From Myxococcota bacterium (GTDB lineage Bacteria; Myxococcota_A; UBA796; UBA2385): a stretch of 61,966 nt of DNA. A program made the position numbers and the translations under genes. Below are positions 21,990 through 31,932 of the stretch, one piece after another. Location: the NCBI GenBank assembly GCA_044344255.1, contig JBIJDH010000031.1, positions 1 through 61,966 on the forward strand, read 5' to 3'. The notes beneath the pieces are model-generated. The model did no database searches. It was not told the DNA's origin and was given only the letters and a program-made list of their open reading frames with translations. The stretch's first letter is position 1. Every line of letters begins with the position of its first letter.

Positions 21990-22579
21990 GATCGTTCCTC
22001 ATCAGGGCGACGGACGGGGCGCTCGGGCCCCTCTCCGAGCTCGGCCAACACTCGGGCGCGGAGCCCGCTGTCTACGCTGGAGATCGGCGCGCGGGGCTCG
22101 GGGGTGGGCGCGGTCCTGCGGACTCGACTCGCGATCGCCAGCCCTCCGATGAGCACGAGCACGCCCGGGCCAGCCCAGACGAGCCAGTTGACGCCCGTCT
22201 TGGGCGGATCAAGGAGGATCCAAGCTCCGTAACGGTCCACGAAGTAAGCGCAGATCTGCTCCGCGCTGTAGCCCAGGGTCACGAGCTCTCGCACGCGGGT
22301 CTTCATCGCCACCGAGGTGTCGGCGTTGGACTCCTCGATGGACAGCCCCTGGCAGACCGGACAACGCAGCCGGTGAGAGATCTCTCGCGTCAGCCCCGGG
22401 ATCGCCTCCTCGAGCGGAGGGCTGCCCTCGGGCGGCTCCGCGAGGGGGGTCGGCCCGGTCGCGATCTCCCCCGAAGCCACGGCGGGCGCTTCGGTCGAGG
22501 GCGCCTCGACCGAAGGCGCGGGCTGTGCGCCGCTCGGAGCGGAGAGCAGGATGAGGAGGTTGACCAGGACGAGGGTCAA
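21986..22579 (-). CDS. ccmH: Cytochrome c biogenesis protein CcmH
   Basis: LRCPVCQGLSIEESN and YFVDRYG..LLDPP. Confidence 0.93.
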   Translation of the reverse strand: MTLVLVNLLILLSAPSGAQPAPSVEAPSTEAPAVASGEIATGPTPLAEPPEGSPPLEEAIPGLTREISHRLRCPVCQGLSIEESNADTSVAMKTRVRELVTLGYSAEQICAYFVDRYGAWILLDPPKTGVNWLVWAGPGVLVLIGGLAIASRVRRTAPTPEPRAPISSVDSGLRARVLAELGEGPERPVRRPDEERS

Positions 22580-23091
22580 AGCAGGGGCTCCAGCTCGGCC
22601 TTGAGCGCTTCGAAGCTCAGCGGCCCCGCGAACTTCTTTCGGATTGTGCCTGCGCCGTCGATGACGAAGGTCTCCGGGACACCGGTGACGCCGAAGTCGA
22701 TCGCGGTGCGCTGCCCGGGATCGAGGAGTGTGGAGAAGGGTGCGCCCCGCCGCTGCAAGAAGGCGCGCGCCGTCGCCGGCTCGTCATTGTAGAGCACACC
22801 GTAGAAGCGCACCCCGCGGCCGCCGAAGATGGCGGCGGCTTGCTGCATCTCTGGCCACTCCTGCACGCAGGGTTGGCACCAGGTGGCCCAGAAATTGAGC
22901 ACGAAGGGCGCGCCCCGGGCGTCCTCCAGACGAAACTGAACCCCGTCGAGGTCGGTCAGGTGAAAGGCTGGCGCCACCTTCCCCTCGAGGGCGTTCGAGA
23001 CACCCTTGGGGTCATGCCCGAAGCCCGACGCCAGGATCCAGACGAGCGGCACCACGGCCAACAGTCCGCCGACGAGCACCTTCCAATTCAT
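22576..23091 (-). CDS. ccmG: Thiol:disulfide interchange protein CcmG/DsbE
   Basis: LNFWATWCQPC and GVTGVPETFVID; position in the operon. Confidence 0.88.
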   Translation of the reverse strand: MNWKVLVGGLLAVVPLVWILASGFGHDPKGVSNALEGKVAPAFHLTDLDGVQFRLEDARGAPFVLNFWATWCQPCVQEWPEMQQAAAIFGGRGVRFYGVLYNDEPATARAFLQRRGAPFSTLLDPGQRTAIDFGVTGVPETFVIDGAGTIRKKFAGPLSFEALKAELEPLL

Positions 23092-25070
23092 ACCGTCGCC
23101 TCCGAGCGAGCGGTCGTCTCACGGGGCCGACCCATCGGCCACATCGCGATGATCGAGCCGAACAACATCACGCCGCCGCCGAACCACAGCCACCACACCA
23201 TCGGCCGCACCAGCACGTCGATCGAGGCGGTGCCGGCGGCCTCATCGACGTTGACGAGGCTCAGGTAGAGGTCTTCGTCGAGCGCCGAGTGCACTTCGGG
23301 CGTCCCGATCGGCGTGCCCATCTTCTTGTAGTGGTTCAGCCTGGGCTGGAGGAGCCCGATGGCGTCGCCGCGCTTGGTCACGTCAAAACGCGCGACCAGG
23401 GAGCGTCGGTGGGGCTGCTCCTCCCAGGACGAGCCCTGGAAGGTGAGCGCATAGTCCCCCACCGTCGCCACTTGCCCCGTGTGAATCGTGACGGTGTCCT
23501 TGGCGGACCAGGCCGTGGCCGCGACATGAGAGACGGCGATGATGAGGACACCGATGTGCACGACGTAGCCGCCGTACCGCCGTCGAGCCCGCGAGCCGAC
23601 CTCCATCATCGCGGTCGGGATGGACTCACCGAGGGCCCTGGCGCGGGCCGCGACCGGCTCGGCCATCTCCCGGAGCGTGACCAGCAGCGCGAAGGCAGAG
23701 AACCCAAAGGTGAGGAGGGGCCAGACCCCGGTGAAGCCGAGCGCCGCCGATACGATCACGGTGAGCACGCCAACCGCGGCCGGGATCCCGAGGCGGCGCG
23801 CCAGGACCCCAACGCGGGTCTCTCCCCACGGGAGCGCCGGTCCGACGCCCATCAAGAAGATCAGCGCCACCCCGATCGGGGCCGCCATTCGGTCGAAGTA
23901 CGGTTGGCCGACCGAGATCTGCTTGTCGGTGATGGCCTCATTGAGCAGCGGGAAGACCGTGCCCAGCAGCACCGTGAAGGTAAACGCTGTGAACAGCAGG
24001 TTGTTCGCCAAGAATGCGAACTCGCGTGACACGGGCCCGGCCAGATGCGTGGGCGGTGGAGACAGACGGTCGACCCTCGCGGCCATCAGGACGACGCTGA
24101 ACACGAGCGCGATCGCCAGGAAGGCGAGGAACACCGGGCCGATCGGCGACTGGGTGAAGCTGTGCACCGAGTTGAAGACCCCAGAGCGGGTCATGAAGGT
24201 GCCGAGGATGGTCAACAAGAAGGACGCGAGCAGCAGCGAGAGGGTCCAGCCCTTCAGGTGGTCCTTCCGCTCCATCACCATCGCCGAGTGAAGGAAGGCG
24301 GAGCAGGTGAGCCAGGGCATGAAGCTCGCGTTCTCGACCGGATCCCAGGCCCACCACCCACCCCAGCCGAGGACCTCGTAGCTCCACCAACCGCCGAGCA
24401 CGATGCCGACGGTGAGGAAGGCCCAGGGCACCATGGTCCAACGGCGCAGCACCCGAGTCCAGGCGGCGTCGAGGCGCCCGGCGAGCAGCGCGGCGGCGCC
24501 CATCGCGAAGGGGACCGTCATGCCAACGTAGCCGAGGTACAGCATCGGCGGGTGGACGACCATCAGGATGTGGTTCTGCAGCAGCGGGTTCGGGCCCGGA
24601 CCGTCGAGCGGGACGGGAGAGACTGCGTGGAAGGGGTCGCCCACGCTCGCCACGAGGAAGCTGAAGAAGGTGCCGACCGCGAGCGCGGTCCCGAGGGCGT
24701 AGGGCGTGTGCTCGGGGAAGCGGTCCTTGGTCACGACCGTGAAGCCCATGATGTAGACGCCGAGCACCGACGACCACAGCAAGATGCTCCCGTTCAGCGA
24801 GCTCCACAGCGAGACGATGGTCACCCACGTCGGCGTGGACACGCTCCCCACCTCGGCGACGTAGCCCACCGAGAAGTCGTGGCTGAGCAGGGCGCCTTCC
24901 ATCAAGAGCGCCGACAGGACGCTGCTGATCCCGAAGACCCAGGCCATCCGGCGGGTCCACCGGAGGGCATCCAAGCTCTTCGTGGCACCAGCGAAGAAGC
25001 CGGTCACCGAGCCGATAGCGCAGGCGGCCAGGGCCACCAGGACGATTGTCCGACCAAGGATGGAGATCAC
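23088..25070 (-). CDS. ccmF: Heme lyase CcmF
   Basis: NPLLQN, HPPMLYLGY, WWD motif WSYEVLGWGGWWAWDPVENASFMPW, SVHSF. Confidence 0.97.
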   Translation of the reverse strand: MISILGRTIVLVALAACAIGSVTGFFAGATKSLDALRWTRRMAWVFGISSVLSALLMEGALLSHDFSVGYVAEVGSVSTPTWVTIVSLWSSLNGSILLWSSVLGVYIMGFTVVTKDRFPEHTPYALGTALAVGTFFSFLVASVGDPFHAVSPVPLDGPGPNPLLQNHILMVVHPPMLYLGYVGMTVPFAMGAAALLAGRLDAAWTRVLRRWTMVPWAFLTVGIVLGGWWSYEVLGWGGWWAWDPVENASFMPWLTCSAFLHSAMVMERKDHLKGWTLSLLLASFLLTILGTFMTRSGVFNSVHSFTQSPIGPVFLAFLAIALVFSVVLMAARVDRLSPPPTHLAGPVSREFAFLANNLLFTAFTFTVLLGTVFPLLNEAITDKQISVGQPYFDRMAAPIGVALIFLMGVGPALPWGETRVGVLARRLGIPAAVGVLTVIVSAALGFTGVWPLLTFGFSAFALLVTLREMAEPVAARARALGESIPTAMMEVGSRARRRYGGYVVHIGVLIIAVSHVAATAWSAKDTVTIHTGQVATVGDYALTFQGSSWEEQPHRRSLVARFDVTKRGDAIGLLQPRLNHYKKMGTPIGTPEVHSALDEDLYLSLVNVDEAAGTASIDVLVRPMVWWLWFGGGVMLFGSIIAMWPMGRPRETTARSEATV

Positions 25071-25513
25071 ATGTCCTCGACGGTCTTGTAGAGGTCAGTC
25101 TTGGCCACGCCGTCAGCGGGGGCCCGGTACTCGTTGCTGTGCTTGACCATGAGACGGTCGGAGTGGAACTCCCCGGACTCGGTGAGGGAGCCCTCGACCA
25201 CCACCCCGATACCCTCGCGGAACATCTGGGGAGGGGCGCCGGTGGCCTCGACCTTCACGGTCTCGACGCCGTCTGTGACCTCGAAGGTGAGCGAGTTCTT
25301 CGCCTCTTGCCAGTTCACGGTGCCCGGCTTGACCACCCCGCCGAGGCGGACGACCGCGCCGACAGCGTCGTCGCCGTGCGCGACGAGCTGGGTGGGATCC
25401 CAGTAGTAGACGAGGTTCTCGCCGATGTTGCCGTACGCAACCACCCCGAGGGCGGAGGCGGCGACACCGAGAGCGACGACGAGGAAGAGGCGTCGGCGGC
25501 CGATGGGGCTCAT
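25067..25513 (-). CDS. ccmE: Heme chaperone CcmE
   Basis: NLVYY, VRLGGVV, PQMFREG and HxxxY motif KHSNEY. Start ATG 25513. Confidence 0.95.
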   Translation of the reverse strand: MSPIGRRRLFLVVALGVAASALGVVAYGNIGENLVYYWDPTQLVAHGDDAVGAVVRLGGVVKPGTVNWQEAKNSLTFEVTDGVETVKVEATGAPPQMFREGIGVVVEGSLTESGEFHSDRLMVKHSNEYRAPADGVAKTDLYKTVEDM

Positions 25514-25704
25514 GAGCTTGCTCCCGTACGGTGAGGGGGCGGCGCGCCGGAGCCCGGACCGGTGGCCCGAGCGCTCTGGACGGCCCGAGCACGAATGAAC
25601 GTGAACACGAAGTAGAGGATGAGCACGGTCCAAGTGACCCCGTAGACCGTCCAGACATACCCCCAGCCACCCTGAACCATCCCTTGCGGCGTACCGTCCA
25701 TCAT
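25510..25704 (-). CDS. ccmD: CcmD-like small membrane protein
   Basis: WGYVWTVYGVT single TM followed by a basic tail; lies between ccmC and ccmE with 4-bp overlaps. Confidence 0.75.
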   Translation of the reverse strand: MMDGTPQGMVQGGWGYVWTVYGVTWTVLILYFVFTFIRARAVQSARATGPGSGAPPPHRTGASS

Positions 25705-26492
25705 TCACCTCGCCGGACGCCGGAGAGATCGAGCGGCACGGGCAGATCGGGGAGATCGGGGGCGTTGGTCTCGACGGCGAGCCGCGCGCGGCTGATCCGC
25801 CAACGCATCCCGATCAGGCCCACCGCCAGGAAGAGCATCCCGAAGGCCGCAATTCGCAGCGGCAAGACCATCGGGCTCGACACCGTCTCCGGGCTCGAGA
25901 AGCTCTGATGGAGGGTCCGCCACCACTTCACCGAGAAGTAGACCACGGGCACGTCTGCGAAGGCCACCACCGTGGCGATGGCGGAGATGGTCATCCGCCG
26001 CTCCGGCTGGTCGACCATTCGACGGATCAGCAGCACCGTGGAGAACAGCAGCAGCATGACCGCCGTGGTGGTGAGGCGGGGGTCCCAGGTCCAGTAGACG
26101 CCCCAGGTCGGCCGAGCCCAGACCGAGCCCTGGAAGAGGAGCAGCGCGTTGAGCAGCACCCCCACCTCTACCGAGGACTCGACGGCGGCGTCCCAGCCCC
26201 ACTTTCCGTTCCACAGCACGCCCACGGCGCAGAAGAAGGCGACGAGGTAGACCACCAGGGCGACCCATGCGGTGGGCACGTGGACGTACAGGATACGCCC
26301 CACGTCTCCCATCATCGCCTCGGGCGGCGCGATGAACAGGCCCTGGTAGTGCCCGAAGAGCATGAGCGCCGCGCCCACCACCATCGTCGGATACTCCCAC
26401 GGGACGACCGGCGGCGCCTTCGCCCCCGATGTCCTCCCCGCAGGAGCCGACCTGGGGCCGGAGGAATCACTGCTTTTGACGGGATCAGTCAT
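25701..26492 (-). CDS. ccmC: Heme exporter protein CcmC
   Basis: RILYVHVPTAW, WARPTWGVYWTWDPRLT, SVKWWRTLHQ. Start ATG 26492. Confidence 0.96.
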   Translation of the reverse strand: MTDPVKSSDSSGPRSAPAGRTSGAKAPPVVPWEYPTMVVGAALMLFGHYQGLFIAPPEAMMGDVGRILYVHVPTAWVALVVYLVAFFCAVGVLWNGKWGWDAAVESSVEVGVLLNALLLFQGSVWARPTWGVYWTWDPRLTTTAVMLLLFSTVLLIRRMVDQPERRMTISAIATVVAFADVPVVYFSVKWWRTLHQSFSSPETVSSPMVLPLRIAAFGMLFLAVGLIGMRWRISRARLAVETNAPDLPDLPVPLDLSGVRRGE

Positions 26493-27157
26493 GATTCGAT
26501 GACCTTGCCAAAGAGGACGCCACAGAGGCTCCAGTAGAGCAGATCGAAACAAGCGAGCAAGCTCAACCACGAGCCGACCTGATTCATGGGGTCGCCCTGT
26601 ATCACAAGGCTGGTGGACTTGACAGCCGCCAGCAGGCAAGGCACCACGAGTGGGAACAGCAAGAGCGGTAAGAGGAGCTGCTTGGCCGCGAGTCGCGAGG
26701 TCAAGCCCGCGTACAATGTCCCCGGGCCGGCGAGCCCAAGGCTGCCGAGGAGGATGGTCGCGAGGAGGCGGAGGGGGCTCTCTTCGAGGTGGATGTCGTA
26801 GAGGCCGATGACCGCGGGCAAGGCGACGAGGCTGAGGAACACGAGCTGGGCCGCGTTGGAGATGGCCTTGCCGTAATAGAGCGCCGCGGGTGGCACCGGC
26901 GCCAACAGCAGCGACTCGATGGCGTTCGACTCCACCTCGACTTGGAAGGAGCGCGAGAGCAGCAGCGTCGAGGAGAGCAGCACCGCCATCCACAAGTACG
27001 CCGCGGCGTGGGCGCGGAGCTGGGCTGTGTCGGGCCCGACCGCGAAGGAGAAGAGCAGCAGCAGCGTGATCGCGAAGGCGCCGAGCGCGAAGGTGTGCGC
27101 GCGGGCCCGCCACTCGATGAGGAGGTCTTTGCGCAGCACGGCGAAGAGGGCGCTCAT
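26489..27157 (-). CDS. ccmB: Heme exporter permease CcmB
   Basis: KDLLIEWR and LLLPLLLFPLVVP; about six TMs. Confidence 0.93.
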   Translation of the reverse strand: MSALFAVLRKDLLIEWRARAHTFALGAFAITLLLLFSFAVGPDTAQLRAHAAAYLWMAVLLSSTLLLSRSFQVEVESNAIESLLLAPVPPAALYYGKAISNAAQLVFLSLVALPAVIGLYDIHLEESPLRLLATILLGSLGLAGPGTLYAGLTSRLAAKQLLLPLLLFPLVVPCLLAAVKSTSLVIQGDPMNQVGSWLSLLACFDLLYWSLCGVLFGKVIES

Positions 27158-27879
27158 GACGGGCTCGTCTCGTGGACCGCTTTCCACGCGGCCCAGGCGT
27201 CCCGGGCCGGGCCCTGCCAGCGCGGGAGCCCCTTGTCGAGCAGCAGCCCTCGGTCACAGAGGGCGCTGGCCCGCTCCACCTGATGGGAGGCGATGATGAC
27301 GGCGCCTGGGAGCCCACGGATGAGGGCGGCCATCTGGTCCATCCCGGTGGGGTCGAGGGCGGCGAAGGGCTCGTCCAGCAGCACGAGATCGGGTCGCTTG
27401 AGCAGCACCGCGGCGATCTGGAGGCGCTTGCGCATCCCCGCCGAGAAGGCGCGGATGGGATCTGCCCGTTGGGGGTCGAGGCCGACCTGCACCAGCGTCT
27501 CGCAGAGCGCCTCCCGGCCGAGCGGCGCCCCGCGGTGGGCCCGGAGGCCCAACAGCTCGCCAAAGACCCGGAGGTTGTCGAGGGCGCCCAGGTCCTCGTA
27601 GAAGCCGACGGAGTGCGAGAGCAACGCGAGGCGGGATCGGACGACCTCCGGCTCTCGCCGGGGGTCGTGACCGAAGAGTCGGAGGTCTCCCTCATTCGCG
27701 CCGAGCACGGTGGACAGCACCCGGAGGAGGGTGGTCTTGCCCGAGCCATTGGCGCCGAGGAGGAGCACCCGCTCGCCGGGAGAGACGGTCAAGCTGACCC
27801 GCGCGAACGCCCAGCGAGCGCCGAAGCGCCGGCTGAGGTTCGACGTCTCGACGACAGGTGTGGTGGGGTCCGGTGGCAC
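27154..27879 (-). CDS. ccmA: Heme exporter ATP-binding protein CcmA
   Basis: Walker A GANGSGKT, signature FSAGMRKR, Walker B LLDEPF; first gene of the ccm operon. Confidence 0.93.
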   Translation of the reverse strand: MPPDPTTPVVETSNLSRRFGARWAFARVSLTVSPGERVLLLGANGSGKTTLLRVLSTVLGANEGDLRLFGHDPRREPEVVRSRLALLSHSVGFYEDLGALDNLRVFGELLGLRAHRGAPLGREALCETLVQVGLDPQRADPIRAFSAGMRKRLQIAAVLLKRPDLVLLDEPFAALDPTGMDQMAALIRGLPGAVIIASHQVERASALCDRGLLLDKGLPRWQGPARDAWAAWKAVHETSPS

Positions 27880-27984
27880 GCGGCCCTCTAACTCCGGGGC
27901 GCGGAGGCGCCGCTCACCGGTCCGGGCCCTGGAGGACGGCGGGCGGCGAGGCTACGGGGGAGACCTTCACCTGGAGAGTCGACC

Positions 27985-29421
27985 GTGCCCGCCGAACAAG
28001 TCCGCGCCTACGCGGCGTCCCGCTTTGACGCCACCGTGGGTCGCCTGAGTGAGTACCTCACCTTCCCCGCCGTCTCTTGTGACCCCGGTCATCGTGATCA
28101 GGTCATCGCCCTCGCGCGGCGGGTGGCCGCCGACCTCGAGGCCCTCGGCTTCACCTCCGTCGAGGTCCTCAGCCTGGAAAAGGCGGTAGATGCGGGAAAG
28201 CAGGCGGTCGAGCCCTTGCCCATGGTGGTGGGCTCTTGGATGGGCGCCGGGCCCCAGGCCCCCACCCTGCTCATCTACGGCCACCTCGACCTCCAGCCGG
28301 TGAAGGGTGAGGTCGAAAAGGGAGAGTGGAGGACGGATCCGCACGTGGCGACCCGCGTGGGCGATCGGCTCTACGCCCGCGGCGCCGCCGACGACATGGG
28401 GGGCTGGGTCAGCCACCTCGCCGCCATCGAAGCCTGGCTGCACACCCACGGTAAACTGCCTTGTAATGTGAAGCTCATCATCGAAGGCGAGGAGGAGATC
28501 GGGTCCCCGAACCTCGAGCGCTACATGATGGCCTACCCGGAGCGCTTCGAGGCCGACGTGATGGTGCTCACCGACTGTGAGAACCCCTCGACCGAGATCC
28601 CGGGCCTGACGGTCTCCCTCCGCGGCCTCATCGAGCTCGAGCTCACGGTCGAGGCCTTGTCGAGCGACGGGCACTCCGGCCTGTGGGGCAACATGGTCCC
28701 CGACGTCTCCATCGCCCTCCTCAAGCTGATCGACCGCCTCACCGACGCCGATGGCCGGCTCACCCTCGGGCGGGTGGAGGTCGATGAGGCCTGGCGGGAG
28801 AGCGTCCGCGACCTCCCCTTGAACGACGCCGTGATTCGGTCGGGGGCGCACATCATCGACGAGGTCTCTCCCCTCCCCCTCCGCGGGCGGCCCGCCGCCG
28901 AGTGGCTGTGGCGGCAGCCGGCCGTGACCGTGGTCGCCACCACGCTCCCGACGCCGTCCCACAAGAAGAACGCGCTGCGGACCCGCGCCTCGGCGATCCT
29001 CTCGGTGCGCCTCGCCCCTGGCCAGGGCGTGCCCGACACCCTCGCCCGCTTCGAGGCCGCCCTCCTCCCAGACCCCCCTGCTGGGGTCAAGGTCAGCCTG
29101 AAGCACAGCTCCGGGGAAGGTGGGGCCTGGCTCTACTCGCCCAAGGGGCCCGCCTTTGAGGCCGCGGACCGCGCCTACCGAGCGGCCTGGGGTCACGGGC
29201 TCGTCGAGGTCGGCGTGGGCGGCTCCATCCCCTTCGTGGCCCTGTTCGGGCGACGATACGGGAGCCTTCCCCTGATCTTGAACGGGGTGATGGACCCCCT
29301 GACCACCGCCCACGGCCCGAACGAGTCGCTGCACCTCGGGGTCTTCGAGAAGGCGATCGCCGCCAACGTGTACCTGTACGCGGAGCTCGGTCAGCTCGGC
29401 AAGGCCGGCCTCCAGGGCTGA
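27985..29421 (+). CDS. M20/M25/M40 family metallo-dipeptidase
   Basis: YGHLDLQP, ARGAADD, EGEEEIGS, GGSIP, AHGPNE. Confidence 0.93.
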   Translation: MPAEQVRAYAASRFDATVGRLSEYLTFPAVSCDPGHRDQVIALARRVAADLEALGFTSVEVLSLEKAVDAGKQAVEPLPMVVGSWMGAGPQAPTLLIYGHLDLQPVKGEVEKGEWRTDPHVATRVGDRLYARGAADDMGGWVSHLAAIEAWLHTHGKLPCNVKLIIEGEEEIGSPNLERYMMAYPERFEADVMVLTDCENPSTEIPGLTVSLRGLIELELTVEALSSDGHSGLWGNMVPDVSIALLKLIDRLTDADGRLTLGRVEVDEAWRESVRDLPLNDAVIRSGAHIIDEVSPLPLRGRPAAEWLWRQPAVTVVATTLPTPSHKKNALRTRASAILSVRLAPGQGVPDTLARFEAALLPDPPAGVKVSLKHSSGEGGAWLYSPKGPAFEAADRAYRAAWGHGLVEVGVGGSIPFVALFGRRYGSLPLILNGVMDPLTTAHGPNESLHLGVFEKAIAANVYLYAELGQLGKAGLQG

Positions 29422-30317
29422 TCGCCCACACTGCGCGCGAGGGTGTCGGCGACGGCGCTCTCGAGCCCGTGGCGGGGGGCCCAGCCGGTCGCGCGGAGCC
29501 GATCGGCCGCGCCGAGCACGACGGGCTCATCCTCCGGGGGGCGCGGACGCGCGCCGAAGTGGAGGAGCTCCGGTCGGCCCAGGGCCTCTCCGAAGGCGAG
29601 CAGCACCTCACGGAGGCGCCGCGCCTCCCCGCTACACACGTTCATCGCGCCCGTCTCGGGCCGGTGGAGCAGGCGGACCAGGCCAGCGGCGACGTCGTCG
29701 ACGTGCAGGTAATCGCGGAGCTGGCCCCCGTCCGTGAGCGCGATCGGCCGCCCCGCTCGAAGGGCGCCGATGACGAGCGGCATCAGGCGCTCCGGGTGCT
29801 CCCCGGGGCCGAAGACGTGAAAGACCCGGGCCCAAGCGACCGAGCGGCCCGAGGCGGCCCCCAGCCCCTCCAGCACCGCCCCGGCCGCGACCTTACAACC
29901 GGCGTAGAGCGAGCGCGGCGCCAGGGGGGTGCGCTCGTGCCGCACCGCGGGGGTGGAGCCGTATTCGAAGCCGGTGCCGACGCCGACGACGCGCTCGACC
30001 CCGGCGGCGATGGCGGCCTCGAACAAACGGGCGCTCTGCGAGAGGCAGTCAATGTTGTCGGAGTGAGAGAGGTAGCCCCTGGGGGGCACGGCCCAGCCGA
30101 GGTGCAGCAGCCCCTCGACCCGCTCCTCGCGGAGCAGGGCTGCGAGCGTCGACGGGGTGAGGTCTGTGCCCAAGGCGCGCGCCTCGACGCCGCCGAGGCG
30201 CCCCACGGCGGCCCCCGGCCGGTGCAAGGCCAGCACCTCCACGTCAGTGCGGGCCTGCAGGGCCCGGAGGGTGGCCCCGCCGATGAAGCCGGTGGCGCCG
30301 GTCAGGGCGACGCGCAC
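29391..30317 (-). CDS. NAD-dependent NDP-sugar epimerase/reductase
   Basis: TGATGFIG, YAGCK (YxxxK), RDYLHVDD. Confidence 0.9.
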   Translation of the reverse strand: MRVALTGATGFIGGATLRALQARTDVEVLALHRPGAAVGRLGGVEARALGTDLTPSTLAALLREERVEGLLHLGWAVPPRGYLSHSDNIDCLSQSARLFEAAIAAGVERVVGVGTGFEYGSTPAVRHERTPLAPRSLYAGCKVAAGAVLEGLGAASGRSVAWARVFHVFGPGEHPERLMPLVIGALRAGRPIALTDGGQLRDYLHVDDVAAGLVRLLHRPETGAMNVCSGEARRLREVLLAFGEALGRPELLHFGARPRPPEDEPVVLGAADRLRATGWAPRHGLESAVADTLARSVGDQPWRPALPS

Positions 30318-30871
30318 AGCCGCTCCCGCAGCGCGCCGAGGCTACTGGCCGCGCGGTCCTTCTCGGAGAGGTGGAGGGCGGCTCGGGGCCAGCGGACGCC
30401 GAGCTCGGGGTCATCCCAGCGGAGGGTGAGCTCGTGCTCGGCGCTCCAGGCCTCGGAGACGGTGTAGATGAGCTCGGTGTCATCCTCCAGCGTGAGCAGG
30501 CCGTGGGCAAAGCCGGCGGGGACGTAGAGCTGGTCCGGGTCGCTGGCGCGGAGCGTCACCGTGGCGTGCTGGCCGAAGGTGGGCGAGCCGGCCCGGAGGT
30601 CGACGGCGGCGTGGAAGCTCGCCCCGCGGACGCAGTGGAAGAGCTTGGCCTCGCGCCGAGGCGGTCCCTGGAGGTGGAGGCCGCGCAGCGTGCCGGCCGC
30701 GGGGCTGAAGGAGCGGTTGACCTGCGCGACGCGACCGTCGAGGCCGAGGGCGCGGAGGCTCTCGGCGCAGGTCAGGCGGGCGAAGCTGCCGCGGTGGTCG
30801 GCAATCTCAGAGGGCCGCAGCCAGAAGAGCCCGGGGAGGCCGGCCTCACGGAGGGTGAGGAGCCCGCTCAC
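30302..30871 (-). CDS. rfbC: NDP-4-keto-6-deoxyglucose 3,5-epimerase (RmlC/RfbC family)
   Basis: DHRGSF, GTLRGLHLQ, VDLRAGSPTFG, YVPAGFAHG, WDDP, SEKD. Confidence 0.9.
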   Translation of the reverse strand: MSGLLTLREAGLPGLFWLRPSEIADHRGSFARLTCAESLRALGLDGRVAQVNRSFSPAAGTLRGLHLQGPPRREAKLFHCVRGASFHAAVDLRAGSPTFGQHATVTLRASDPDQLYVPAGFAHGLLTLEDDTELIYTVSEAWSAEHELTLRWDDPELGVRWPRAALHLSEKDRAASSLGALRERLCASP

Positions 30872-31896
30872 GCGGCGCCGCCGGTGAGGAGGTCTCGGTA
30901 CCAGGCCACGCTGCGGTCAATGCCCTCGGCCATGCTGAAGCGCGGCGCCCAGCCGAGGCGGCGGCGGGCCTTGGCGGCGTCGAGGCGCTGGCTCTGGATC
31001 TCTCCCCTCCCCTGCCCCTGGATGACCGGCTCGACCTCAAGGCCCATCTGGGCGGTGATCTGCGCCACGAGGGCGGAGACGGAGAGCGGCGCCTCGGCGG
31101 AGAGGTTCCAGGCCTGCCCGTGGAGCGACCGGTCCTCGAGGAGGCGAGCGGCGAGGTGGAGCGTCGCCGCGGCGCCGTCTTCCACGTAGAACCAGTCGCG
31201 CACCGGGCTGCCGTCGGAGCGCACCACCGGGCGCTCACCGCGGAGGAGGGAGCGCACGGTGCCGGGGACGACGCGGCTCCAGTTCAAGTCTCCCCCGCCG
31301 AAGAGGTTGCCGCAGCGGGTGATCCCGATCGGCAGCCCCCAGGTGGCGGCGTAGGTCTGGGCGAGGCGGTCGGCCGCGGCCTTGCTGGCGTCGTAGGGGT
31401 GGGCGCCGAGCAAGGGGAGGTCTTCGGTGTAGGGAGCGCCGCCCTGATCGCCGTAGGCCTTGTCGGAGGAGGCCACCACCACGGCCCCGAGGCGGGGGCT
31501 GCGACGACAGGCCTCGAGCAGGGCCCAGGTGCCGCGGATGTTGGTGTCAAAGGTGGAGACCGGGTTCCGGTTGGCCACGGTCACGAGGGTCTGCGCGGCG
31601 AGGTGGATGACCACCTCCACCTCGTACTCGCCGATGACGCGCTCCAGCAGGGCCTGATCGGTGACGTCTCCTCGGACCGTCGCCGCCCGCTCGTGGAGCC
31701 CCCAGCGGGAGAAGAGGCTCTCCGGGGCGCGGTCACGCACCAGGGTGACGAGGCCGGCCCCGCCGAGGATGAGGCTGCGCGCGACATAGCCGCCGAGCAG
31801 GCCGGTGGCGCCGGTGAGGAGGACCGACCGGTCCCGCCAAGGAGACGCGGGCCCCACCTTGGGCTCGGGCGCGGGTACGGAGGCGGTCTCAGACAA
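30868..31896 (-). CDS. CDP-glucose 4,6-dehydratase-like SDR (RfbG-like)
   Basis: TGATGLLG, HLAAQTLV, SSDKAY, PYDASK, RCGNLFGGGDLN. Confidence 0.8.
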   Translation of the reverse strand: MSETASVPAPEPKVGPASPWRDRSVLLTGATGLLGGYVARSLILGGAGLVTLVRDRAPESLFSRWGLHERAATVRGDVTDQALLERVIGEYEVEVVIHLAAQTLVTVANRNPVSTFDTNIRGTWALLEACRRSPRLGAVVVASSDKAYGDQGGAPYTEDLPLLGAHPYDASKAAADRLAQTYAATWGLPIGITRCGNLFGGGDLNWSRVVPGTVRSLLRGERPVVRSDGSPVRDWFYVEDGAAATLHLAARLLEDRSLHGQAWNLSAEAPLSVSALVAQITAQMGLEVEPVIQGQGRGEIQSQRLDAAKARRRLGWAPRFSMAEGIDRSVAWYRDLLTGGAA

Positions 31897-31932
31897 TCAG
31901 CTCGCTCCGGCGAGGCCAATGGCGGCCGCGCG

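Noticed and set aside
25701..27749. 682-aa CcmC fusion ORF
   Set aside because: The part upstream of 26492 is an off-frame reading of ccmA and ccmB.
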